Below are positions 50,706 to 61,638 of a stretch of 64,000 nucleotides of DNA, piece by piece. The DNA lies in contig QPGO01000010.1 of NCBI GenBank assembly GCA_008632985.1, forward strand, positions 124,001 to 188,000, given 5' to 3'. The DNA is from Psammoneis japonica. Taxonomy: Eukaryota. How positions within the stretch are numbered: position 1 is the first letter of the stretch; every line of letters begins with the position of its first letter. The notes under the pieces are model-generated. The model saw only the letters and a program-made list of their open reading frames with translations, was not told the DNA's origin and ran no database searches. A program made the translations under genes and the position numbers.

Positions 50706-53066
50706 ATGAAATGTTCACTATCGCTTTGCTCTATCTTCTATGTGGGTCTATCCTCCGGAGAGTATCTTCTGCCGGTTCCTAATGCCACGAGCGAGACTAT
50801 ACGACTAAGAAATCGTTCCCTGACTGTCGAGGAAACCGCGAAGCATGGCGATTCAGATGGATTGGTTTCAAACAATATTTTTGCACGCAACGAGAAAGCT
50901 TCTTTTGTTGAGGTCAATATGGATGGGGATGTAATAAACGGAAACGATGCCGTATCTGACTTGATCGACGAGGAGAAGGACACTACCAAACAGATGAGAT
51001 GGTGGCAAGCAGCGTACGTAGGCCAAATGAGAGGCAGCATTAAATCAGAACCGGAGCCAATATCATCAGAAGGTGAGAATGCTAAAGTAGGACTCTTTCA
51101 GTCATGATAAAGCTTACAATGCTGATTTCATTTTTTCTCCAACTACAAAATTGAAGGTCAGAAAAACGTCGCACAAGATACTGGCCCGCCCTCGCAGAAC
51201 CAGGCTGATTTCCGTAAGATTGACTTCTTTCTTGCTTTCATGTTTCAGATTTTGGATATCTTTGTTTCTAATTGATTTTTTTACTATTCTCAAATGTTCG
51301 TCCAGCGTCGAAACATGACATCGATGTTCAGGCTGATGATCGTAAGATTGACTACTGTTTTGCCAGCATGTTTCAGATTTCAGATATCCTTGTTTCTAAT
51401 TCACTCTTTTACGGTGCTAAAATGTTTGTTCAGCGACGCAATATAACATCGATATTCAGTACACTGGAGATCCAATAGTCCGTTCCTTCATCGACGATGC
51501 TGCGAGACGTTGGGAGGAGGTCATTACGGGAGATCTCCCACCTTTCAATCTTGGAAACCAAATCCCTTTTCAATGTACAGAACCGCCAGGAGAGGTGGAT
51601 GATATGTTAGTCTGTGCAAGGTCTGCCTTCATTGACGGTCCGGGTAACGTATTGGGTTTTGGCGGGCCAGGTGTTATTCGTCCACGAAACACGGGGCTTG
51701 TTGGGGCGGGATTGCCTGTTACTGGTCAAATAACAATTGATGAGGACGATATTCAATCCATGATAGACCGGCAAATCCTATTTGATGTTGCTCTACACGA
51801 AATTGGCCATACTCTTGGAATTGGTGAGTGAACAGAAAAGATACAGTGCAATTAGCTCCAGAAATCGCTTTGGCTACATTGTCGCCTGCAATTTGCATTA
51901 ACATTTGCGTCGTCAACGATGTATGCATTGATGTTGTAGGTACGTTGTGGGCTGCCTTTGATTTAAGGGAAACAAACAGAATGGGGCCCTATCGACCCGG
52001 CACAGCTGCTTGTCGTGAATATGAATTACTCACAGGGTGCGAGGGGTGCCCACCAGTTCAAGAAGGAGGCGGACACTGGGAGCAAGCCAACTTGTCCACT
52101 GAGTTAATGACGCAAGCGCTTGGTCCTGGGAATATTATCCCCCTCACGGCGATTACAATCGGCACATTAGAAGATATGACGTACGAAGTAGATTACAGCA
52201 CTGCAGAACCCATAGGTCCTTTTCAATGTGGACCACCGCCCGCGCCAACGTCACCTCCAACGCCTTCTCCAACTTCAAGTCCTACGACTTCGACGACTCC
52301 AGCTCCCACTGTAGCAACCACACCCGCTCCAACGACAGCAACGACTCCAGCTCCGACGGTAGCAACCACACCCGCTCCTACAACGGCGACAACTCCAGCT
52401 CCTACGGTAGCAACTACACCCGCCCCTACGATGGTGACGACTCCAGCTCCTTCGAGCAGTTTAACCCTAATGCCTACACGATCTCCAACGGATGAGACTG
52501 ATCCTCCCACGACGCCAGCTCCTTCGAATAATCCAACACAAATCCCTTCATCTTCCCCAACGGTAGAGTCTGAGCCTCCCACTCCACGACCCACTCCAAA
52601 TCCAACACGGAGAACCACGTCACCCCAGTCGGAGGACACGTCTAACAGGCAGGGATCATCTGACCCATCTGAAATGGGTGTTGAACTGTTGGATGAAGAT
52701 GGAGATTCAAAGCAGCGAAAGCGAAAACGGACCCCTAAACAACGAAAACGCAAACGGAACCGCAAGCGAAGAGCCCCGAAGTGGCGAAACCGCAAACGGA
52801 GAGCCCCGCCACCCCAGCCGCAGGACCCGCCTAGCAAGCGAGGACCATCTAAACGGCGAAACCGCACACTTAGCCAGAAAGGGTTAGTTGAAGCCATCGT
52901 CGCTGGAAAATTGGCGCTGGAAGAGGCTCGAGTGGCTTTTTTAGAACATACAAACGACGGAAATGCAACAGACGGCGTGTACATTGGCCATCTCATCATT
53001 TGTGTTTTTTACGAAGAGGAGGGAGCTTTACACACTGTGATCGTAACTGCCGACGAACTACAATAG
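50706..53066 (+). CDS. Leishmanolysin-like (M8/zincin) secreted metalloprotease with a Thr/Pro-rich stalk, multi-exon
   Basis: DGPGNVLG, HEIGHTLG zinc motif, GHW, ELMT, ITIGTLED..YEVDY, TPAPT repeats. Introns include 51214-51305, 51342-51433 and about 51824-51939. Confidence 0.8.
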
Positions 53067-53284
53067 AGACCAGGTTTTTTTTACATTGTGCAATATCCTA
53101 GCTCCCTGGATTTCCTTCACCTCTAACCTCTTTTTGTTCAATCTGAATCCATCATTCTCTCTTCACTAACCAACAAGGAAACTTTTCTTATTTCGGATCT
53201 TGTTTTTCGTTTTGTTATCGGTCTGCCCCTGTTGTTTACCGAGAGTCTCCAATTCGAAGGCAGTCGTCTAGTTTTCCTGCTCAT

Positions 53285-53480
53285 TAAGAGCAGCTCCTAC
53301 AATAATAGCTCTAGAGAAGCTCTCTAGAGTCTCTCTACTCTCTCTGCTCTCTCTAGCTGGTAACTAGCTCTACTAGAGCTCTAGCTAGCTAGAGAGAGTA
53401 CGGTAGAGTAGAAGTAGTGCAGTAGTAGACTCTCTAGAGTAGCTACTCTAGTAGAGTAGAGCAGTCTAACTACTTCTAAG
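53285..53480. repeat. Low-complexity TAG/CTA/AG-rich tract
   Basis: Repeated ctctagag, tagctag and gtagagtag motifs. Confidence 0.7.
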
Positions 53481-53724
53481 ATGAAGGAAATACCCGGGAG
53501 CAGACAGACAGATGCTATCGCGCGAAAGTGCGCAAGGCTCCACGTAGAAATACTACCAGATTTCTGCGTAGCTTTTTCTTGAACTCGAAGATTTGCCGAT
53601 CCCTTGGTTTCGCAACGTTGCGATGTTTCGCGTAGAAATCATACGAGGTTCTACGATCGTACGTTTGTTCGCGGAAATCAACACTCTTTCATTCACAAAG
53701 GCTGACGAATCGATAACATCCACC

Positions 53725-54644
53725 ATGAAGCTTGCTGTCCTCTCCGCCCTTGTCGGCTCTGCCGCCGCGTTTGCTCCGGCTAACACCGTTGTAAGTATAA
53801 TGTAGTTGCTGGGTTTGCGAAGGAACGACGTGTAGTGAGAAATTGGCGCCACTGTTCATTCGCTCAGAAGTACCGTCGTGTTCTGTGATGGTGAAGGATA
53901 CTGTTCGCGAATCATCATATCGAGTGTACTCGGTAATGCCGGTTCCTTCGCGGCTATGATTGATAATACGATGTGGTAGTAATGTAGTCTGTTTTCTTTC
54001 CCTGGAATTTGTTCCTCACGCTTTTCGTTGTGCCTACAACCCAATTTCAGGAGAGTTCCTCGGCACTCAAAGCGGTTGACTCGCTCGACCCTTCCATCGG
54101 AGTGACCGCTCCTCTTGGACTTTACGATCCTTTGGGATGGCTCAACCCTGAAAAGGACCCCGCCTCCAAGTTTGCTACCTTCCATGCTAGCTTCGAGCGT
54201 CGTCGTGCTGTGGAGCGCAAGCACGGACGTGTTGCAATGATGGCCGTTGTTGGTATGCTTTTCCACAATGCCGACATTGAATTCCCCGGATACCTTTCCA
54301 AGGAACTTGGCATTCGCTTCTCCGACATCCCCAACGGTATCCATGGTCTTTTCTCCGTTCCTATTGCCGGAATTACCCAAATCTTTTTCTTCTGCGGTGT
54401 CTGCGAACTTGCCATTTGGCCAGCCTCCAACTACTCGGGTGACTACGGATGCGGATACGGACGTCCCTTTGTCCCCAACGTCCTCGAAGGCGAAGAGCTC
54501 AAGTACAAGCTTGACATGGAAATCAACCAAGGCCGTGCCGCTATGATGGGCATCTTTGGTGCCATGGTTGGCGAGATGGTCACCGGCCAGACCCTTGCAG
54601 AGCAGTATGCTTCGGGCAACCTCATTGGATACGGACCTCCCTAA
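53725..54644 (+). CDS. Fucoxanthin-chlorophyll a/c light-harvesting protein (LHC/FCP); intron 53791-54050
   Basis: Presequence MKLAVLSALVGSAAAFAP, then GVTAPLGLYDPLG, ERKHGRVAM (helix 1) and EINQGRAAMMG (helix 3). GTAAGT...CAG intron. Confidence 0.95.
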
Positions 54645-55084
54645 ACAATGATCGTGTGTTAAGCGAAACAAATAGATGATGTATACGCACTCTCGCTCAA
54701 ACTTCACAATCTAAACCATGGATCTGTTCGAACTCTTTGGGAAAAAATAGAATGGTTTCATTGTTAGGTAACCAGTTTTCTGGGCAAAGCTAATAATTTT
54801 TGATTTGTCTCAAGAAAGTCAGGCCTCCCTTTGATTACACTATTTTAGGTTCTCCCGGTTACGTTAAGCGCTGTGTCATGCAAGCATGCTGCTTGCTGAG
54901 AGGGGTAGTCTGGCGATGCGACTGTACGACGCTTTGTAAGCATGCAAAGCTCAGCTCTTCTGAAGCCGAATCGACTCTCTCTCTCTCTCTGGAGAGGACG
55001 CACGTGACCTAAGATTCCTTGGCTGGCGATTTATCGTGCACTGGTACGTGAGAATCAATACCCAATACACTCTCGGTTCCTCGA

Positions 55085-55588
55085 TCATTGACAACATGGG
55101 CAAGAGGGCTGACGAAGACCTCCATTCGCAAACGTCATGTTGGCTAAAATGTCGAGTTGCTCCTCTTGAGTGCTCTTGTTTTCGACATTATTACTGCTTT
55201 GAAACTGTCGTCTCATCAATCCTTTTGGCGAATCAAAATCATGGTTATTTTTATGCTCAGTCAAGACGTTGTCTTTGCCTGTTCCTGTTCCCTTCAAGAA
55301 AGTCTCGTTGCGGCTAGGCGACGCATGAGAATGCCTTGGTTCCCATGGAAATGGTGAAAGCGTCATTAAATCCACTTTAACTTTGGTCACATCGCATTGT
55401 GCGTTAATGTCTCTGGCCTTAATCGTTTCACTTCTTGCGCAATCCTCCTCGTTCACCTTGGGTGGAGGAGGTGACTCTTCGTTGTCTCTAAAGTTTTGCG
55501 TTGCAGCCGCGACTGCGTGCGAATAAAAGACAATCGAGGCAATAAAAATAACCACACTTCCAAGAAATGAGCCTTCCATCATTATCAA
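55085..55588 (-). CDS. Hypothetical protein fragment with an N-terminal hydrophobic segment
   Basis: 167-codon ORF with a signal/TM-like N-terminus. No firm motif. Confidence 0.3.
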   Translation of the reverse strand: MIMMEGSFLGSVVIFIASIVFYSHAVAAATQNFRDNEESPPPPKVNEEDCARSETIKARDINAQCDVTKVKVDLMTLSPFPWEPRHSHASPSRNETFLKGTGTGKDNVLTEHKNNHDFDSPKGLMRRQFQSSNNVENKSTQEEQLDILANMTFANGGLRQPSCPCCQ

Positions 55589-55789
55589 AAGAGCAATGAG
55601 CTACAACAAAATGTGATTGCTGTTTAGCCGGTGATCATAATATTGCGCTGCACTTTTTGATCTGTGCGAATGTTTTCCGGAGCGACCCACTACGGTAAGG
55701 TTTATACGGTATCTTGAATGCGTGGATGCATGCGCGTTATTTCACCTCTCTCAATCGTCCGACTGTGGGGTAGAGAGGCTAAACAAGAA

Positions 55790-58700
55790 CCCTGCAGCGA
55801 GAGGCAATGACATTGAACATGTCACAAATCAACCGAACAGCAACAGTGGAATCCTTTGACCGCCATTGACACAAGCAACAACTGCAACATCTCAACAACA
55901 CTGCTGCAAACATGATCAACTTCCTTTCCTTGGGGAGAGGAGGGGGTGAGGCCACACGCTGGCAGAGAAAGGGCGGGCTTGTCCAATCGAAACAACATCA
56001 GTGTCAGCCACATCATCAACACTGCCATCAATGACAATCCAGCAGCAACATCACATGGAAGGATGAAGAGCTGAGCTGGGCTGTGAATGAGGAGGAGGGA
56101 AAAAAGGGAGAAGAGAAAGCCTTTTTCTGAAAATGTGTGAGTTGACAACCCCAAGCACTGCCAGCAGAGAAAAAGCAAAAGAGCTGTGCAGCTTCATTGT
56201 GGAACCTTGAAAAGGTGAGGGGACAATCAGCAAGTGCTCCACAGAGCCTTGCACGTGTTTTGTGCCAGAGCCATCTCGTGAACTGGGCACATGTTTTTTG
56301 AGCTCAGGCAGAGGGTCTGTGACCAAGCAGCACGAGGTGTCTGCAAAGAAATTGTTGCATGCAAAAGCAGGTGGAACAGTGGAAATTGGACCCTGTTGTC
56401 CAAGAATTCTTTCCATCAGATGGTGAAGGCAAGACCTTCAGTTGGTTGTTGTTTTGTCAGCTTTGTTTCACAAGCACAGTTTTTTTGCTCATGTCAAATC
56501 ATTTTGTGCAGCAGCAGAGAAAAGCAAAAGGGCTGTGCAGCTTCATTGTGGAACCTTGCAAAGGTGAGGGAGAACAATCAGCAAGTGCTCCACAGAGCCT
56601 TGCGTGTGTTTTTTGCCACAGAGCGCCATCTCTTGTGAACTGGGCACATGTTTTTTGGAGCTCAGGCAGAGGGTCTGTGACCAAGCAGCATGAGGTGCCT
56701 GCAAAGAAAATTGTTGCATGCAAAAGCAGGTGGAACAGTGGAAATTTGACGCTGTCATCCAAGAATTCTTTCCATCAGATGACAAAGGCAAGACCTTCAG
56801 TTGTTTGTTGTTTTGTCAGCTTTGTTTCATCAGCACAATTTTTGCTCACGTCCCGTCATTTTGTGCAGCAGCACAGGCCCTGAGAAGTCCAACTTCTGCT
56901 GAAAAGGAGACCATGACAACCACCTTGACCACAAATTCAGGTGCAACATTGTTTTGTTTGGTGTGTTTGTTCCATCATTTGCAGTTGTTTGACGAGCATT
57001 TTTTCCTGGAATGATGTCATCGCGATGCAAATTGCTCACAATTTGACCCCTCTTCCATTTGTTCTTGCAGCAGGCAGCTCCAACCATGCCCACCACCACT
57101 GGGACAATGATGGCCACAATGTGAGGAGGTGTGTAAGTGTTCCATTTGTAATTTTTTGCGACTTTTGCATTTTTGACCATGGCACGGCAGCTTGACACAG
57201 GAACACAGCACTTTCCACTGTCACACTGGAGTTGGATTGTTTTGGCAGATTGTGACCTTGACTTTCATTTGGATCTAACTTGAACAGCACCTGTGTCATT
57301 CTCAACATCTTCCCTGGCTGTTCTGGGGCCGACTCTTTGTGTGGTGGGAAGCTCGGTGACTGCCATGCTCAGTCTTAGATGGAACAGGACTGTCAATGGG
57401 CAGGGCAGATGCAAGAATCACAAGAGGGATTTGTCTGGTCTTTCAGATGGAAATGACACTGTTCTCAACACGATGAGAACTCTCTGCTGGCTGCCGGTGC
57501 AGGAGGTGCTTGATCTTGAAAAAAGATGGAAACCTTTCGCTTCTCAGGACTGCGAGAATCAAGTGGCAAAAAGAAAATGGCGTGGGTGAAAATGTGGAGA
57601 GCTCCAGCTTCTACATTTTGAACACAAAGCCTCACAGTGAGACAACATTGTTGACACCTGATTGTCTTTGAATTCTAAACCTGACAACTCGGCTGCAGAT
57701 TCACAAGGAATTGGCTGGCGCACTGGCAAATGGTTGGCTTCATCATTGCTGGTTTTGGTTGTCTCCATTCTGTCTTTTTCTGTTCTGGGTCTTGTCGACT
57801 GCAACTGCATCTTCATTCTCTGGGAAAAGCCTTGAACATTCCCCAATGAAATCTGTGCCCATCTTCTCTTTGTGCCTGTTGTAGAGATCTCTTGTTGCCA
57901 CAACAAACCTGTTGTGAAGTGCATCCACTTGCTGATTGGTCGGATTGTCAATCTGCTGCACTTCAACAGGCGATCAAATTGCAAGGACAAGCTTGTTTCC
58001 ATTGGGAATGAATCCAAATGGGACACCAAATCACCCAGTCCAAAAGACAAAAGACACGTGAGCCCGATGCGAAAACCGCGCAGCCCACGAACGAGGACCA
58101 AGGGTTCAATCACACGTTTGATCGAAGCCAAAAAAGCAGCAAGGGACAAGATCCACTCCTGTCTGCAAAGCAACTTTGCAAAAGCCTCACCATCGCTCCA
58201 GTGCAATTTGTTCACGGTCAATGCCGTAAAACATGCAACATGCCCACAATCCCATCGTGCTGCAGCATCAAGACAGAGTGTGGATGTGGCAGAGCCAACG
58301 TCTTTTTCAATTCGGTCTTGGACACCAGCACAAGTCCCCCCCATCATGTCATGAGTCGTTGCAACATTGGAACTTGAAAAACAATGTCGGCTCCTGAAAA
58401 CAACATGGTCACACCACAATGTTCTTGAAAGTGCCTTCTAGCCAAGAAGACTCCGATGCCAAAAGCGAGCGCGGAAAGCAGCGCAGAAGACAGCTCCTGT
58501 GCTGTTCTCGAAATGGCCGTCAACAACTGTTTCACAATTGTTGCAACGTTCAAGACCCCTGCCATTGTCACAAAACGCATTGAATGCAGACCAGTGTCCA
58601 TGCGGCCCAGGTCGAAGAGGAACGAGGTGCTCTGCAAGCATGCCACCGAGGATCACATGGCAAAACACAAAGCCTCGAATCGCTCCAACCAGGACGAGCA
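55790..58700. other. TpA/CpG-depleted domain D
   Basis: TA nearly absent from about 55790. It returns at about 58730 (aaatatataaaccgcacatagtgttaag). Confidence 0.85.
56163..56873 (+). repeat. Tandem direct repeat, 2 x about 350 bp
   Basis: agcagagaaaa(a)gcaaaag.gctgtgcagcttcattgtggaacc... starts at 56163 and 56513. Confidence 0.9.
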
Positions 58701-58797
58701 TTGACAGAAGGAAGGAGAAGTTGGAAAATATATAAACCGCACATAGTGTTAAGTGTGCCAACACATGTCGGTCGAGTAGGGGCGAATCTTGCGTCAT
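57743..58797 (-). pseudogene. DGAT2: Diacylglycerol/monoacylglycerol acyltransferase type 2 family pseudogene
   Basis: N-terminal TM, then VFQVPMLQRLMT*WGG, DGIVGM, EQIALERW*GFCKVALQTGVDLVPCCFFG (cf. RxGFxxxAxxxGxxLVPxYxFG) and IDNPTNQQVDALH...LYNRHK. Confidence 0.75.
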
Positions 58798-59138
58798 GGC
58801 GGCGGCGATGATGATGTGCTTGATGGGATCAAAATACAGTGCCGGTAAAAAAAGATCTGATCTGTGTGACGTCAGTATGACGTTTGGATTCATTCGCTTC
58901 GCGCGCTTGAGCGCGCGAGCAACCAATCCACAATGGCTGACGCCGAAAAAGATACACAGTGGATACCGCACAAAACACAAAACAAAAATAGGCAGCGAAA
59001 AGCGAATCGCTGTTGTTGTCGACGTCGTCCCTGTTTGTCGTTGATATCATTTGGCTAATCAGTAAGCGGCTCTCTTCAGCTTTCTTGAAACGAATTGAAC
59101 GGACGAGACATTAAATCTACTTTTTCCGCCACTCCAAA

Positions 59139-60190
59139 ATGAAATGTATTCTACAAATCCTATGCGCGCTGCTGTTTGCACCGACACGTGGCTTTGTGGT
59201 TCCAAGTTGTGGCCATAAAGGCTGCCATGCAGCTCTCTGTAAGGGTCATCGTTGCAGTCTTGCGTTTGTCTCGTTATCGAGCAGCAGTGCAGATGATGAA
59301 GACAAGAGCACTGACGCAGAGGGTGCCTTTCTCGCGGAGGAATTCTCCAAGTTTGCAAAGGCTGAAGGCATTCAGCTAAGCGACGACGATATGCTAGATG
59401 ATGACGACGAGGAGGAGGAAGAAGAAGAAGTCAGTCATGATGAGGAGGAGAGTACTGTTGTTGCGTCTTCGGACGACGAGGACTGGGATCCAGAGGACGT
59501 TGGTGAAAATGTTGCTCTCACTGATGATCAGCTCTACAGCGAGGTGAAGGAACGTGTCTTGGATACCGCAGGCGGATTTGCAAAGTTTGTCGGTGGTGTC
59601 GACTCGGATGAAGAACTAGACGAGGATGGTAAGCCCAAGAAAAAAGAGTACAAGCCACCCACGACGGTTCCTGATTCTGGCCTGACGGCAGGAGAAGTTG
59701 TTGAGCTTGTTCTGGATGCCCTCTTGCACAACGACGTTCCGACCAACAACCGTGGCCTCGAGATCCTTTTCGAGTATTCCAGTGCTACGTCACAAATCAA
59801 AAAGGAAATAGGTTTGACTCCTCAAGAGTACGGGGACTACCTCAAGGAAACTGAATACAAGGTTCTTTTTGAACACGGTGAGGTGGTAAGTTTCAACCAA
59901 TGTTTACGTTTCGATTCTCTCTGACAATAACGAAAAGCCGCTCACTCTTATACTTACTTGTTCCTTCTTTGGTACTCTTTATTTATTGCTAGGTTGTTGA
60001 TAAGGGTGACTATGCCTTTGATGGTAAAAAGGCCTTCTTTACTGCGCGGCTTCGCGTGGGACCCGGTCCGAAAGACTTTACTCCGGTCAACTTTATTCTT
60101 TCGACGGCGGGACATGACGAAGACGATTGCTGGTTAGTTGATTCCATGTTGATCCGTCCCCAGTCAATGCGTCGAAGGAGGAGACGGTAA
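59139..60190 (+). CDS. Hypothetical protein with signal peptide (possibly plastid-targeted); intron 59886-59992
   Basis: Signal-like N-terminus, acidic tract, PDSGLTAGEVVELVLDALLHND. Exon 2 is in frame and ends DCWLVDSMLIRPQSMRRRRR*. Confidence 0.8.
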
Positions 60191-60663
60191 ACAGTTAACA
60201 TATGAATGATGGAAGAGTGACTAAGAAAAGGAGCCCTACTGAGGTTCAGTTTCTTGTTTCTTGACAGTACCCTTGTCGTAAGCTCACTTAGCTAATCTTG
60301 TCATAGATATGGTTATATCCTAGTTAATTTACCTCAAAGACCTGCCTCGGAAAGAAGGAATCTCGTTTGTCCGTCTGGGTTGTTGCAGATACGAGTCAGG
60401 GATGACAGAAGCAGTTCGAGCAATAATCTGCGACCATCTAGCCTGCATTCCACACAATTCAAATCAAGTTGCCCAACGAGGCTACCATTGACTACAGTAG
60501 AGAGACTACGACTAGCTCTATGGATAGTAGTCGTGATAGGAAGCGGTTTGTTTAGAGTTTTTTTTGTGCTTTAGATCGAGGTCACGAGCTCTCTTTTCCA
60601 CCTCTAAAGCAGAACTCACTCACTTTTGTTGTTGTTGAAGGTTGCGAGCCAAAACCCAAAACA

Positions 60664-61638
60664 ATGGCGTCGGAACGCGTCGCTTCTGCATCCGCAACAG
60701 CTACGGTTCGCTTATTTAGGCAATGGAACTCTCATTTTTCTAAAGGGTCATTCTTTCGTGTTCTTGGAACAGGAAATCACGACGATGACTGCCAAATTTA
60801 TGATGATGGGAATCGAGTCCTGTGGCGTGGTTTGGTATCCAACGCGTTGACTGCCCCGAACAACCAATCACCCCTTACCCTTGCCGGAGCTTTGGCCTTG
60901 TTTGACGAGATTTCCACCTGGGGATTCTTCACCACGGATAGAACGATGCGTCCCGGAGTATCAGTGGCTCTATCGGCAACTCGGCATGACGAGCAGTTTC
61001 CTGAACGAGGCGAAGAAATTGAGATTGAAGCTACAATAAGAAAAACTGGGAGAACTATGGGATTTGCAAACATGATCTTGCGAGATGGATCGTCGGGACG
61101 GGTTTTAGCATCTGGGCACCACACAAAGTTCTTGCCAATGGGTCATCTGCCGCCCGGTGTGCCATGGGACACACTCTTTCATCCAACAGTGTACACGTCT
61201 TTTACACAGGCATACAAGCGATGGCGTATAAAGCAGTCGTCTATGAGAGGAGGAGGGGTAGAGAGAGGTCCTCTACCAGATAGTATCGATGAATTGTTGC
61301 CGCTGGAACTTTCGCCGTTCGAGTCAGCTACAGGTCTCATTAGAGGCAAGGGCGTACAAGCAGCGCCTTTGGTTCCCGAGAGACACCACTGCAACCAACT
61401 TGGATCATGCCACGGCGGACTCTTGTCCATGCTTACAGAGCGACTTGTGCAAGGGATGTTCTTGATGGAGAACAAGAGACCCTTGATTCAGGGGATCCAT
61501 GCTTCTTTCCTCGATGCCGCGAAGCGAGACGTCCAGATCGAAGCCAGAGTGATAAAACTCTCTTCTCGCGCTTCCGAAGTCGAAGTTTTTGCTTCTACAA
61601 CGTCACCACCAATATTTCGAGCTGAAGTATTCTATTGA
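60664..61638 (+). CDS. Double hotdog-fold acyl-CoA thioesterase (PaaI/ACOT13-like)
   Basis: GALALFDEIST, PGVSVALS, GEEIEIEATIRKTGRTMGF, and a second domain with CNQLGSCHGG. Confidence 0.8.
   Translation: MASERVASASATATVRLFRQWNSHFSKGSFFRVLGTGNHDDDCQIYDDGNRVLWRGLVSNALTAPNNQSPLTLAGALALFDEISTWGFFTTDRTMRPGVSVALSATRHDEQFPERGEEIEIEATIRKTGRTMGFANMILRDGSSGRVLASGHHTKFLPMGHLPPGVPWDTLFHPTVYTSFTQAYKRWRIKQSSMRGGGVERGPLPDSIDELLPLELSPFESATGLIRGKGVQAAPLVPERHHCNQLGSCHGGLLSMLTERLVQGMFLMENKRPLIQGIHASFLDAAKRDVQIEARVIKLSSRASEVEVFASTTSPPIFRAEVFY

Noticed and set aside
52223..52999. 258-aa minus-strand Gly/Val-rich ORF
   Set aside because: Antisense shadow of the TPAPT-repeat exon of the protease gene.
53856..54707. 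283-aa minus-strand ORF
   Set aside because: Antisense shadow of the strongly codon-biased LHC gene.
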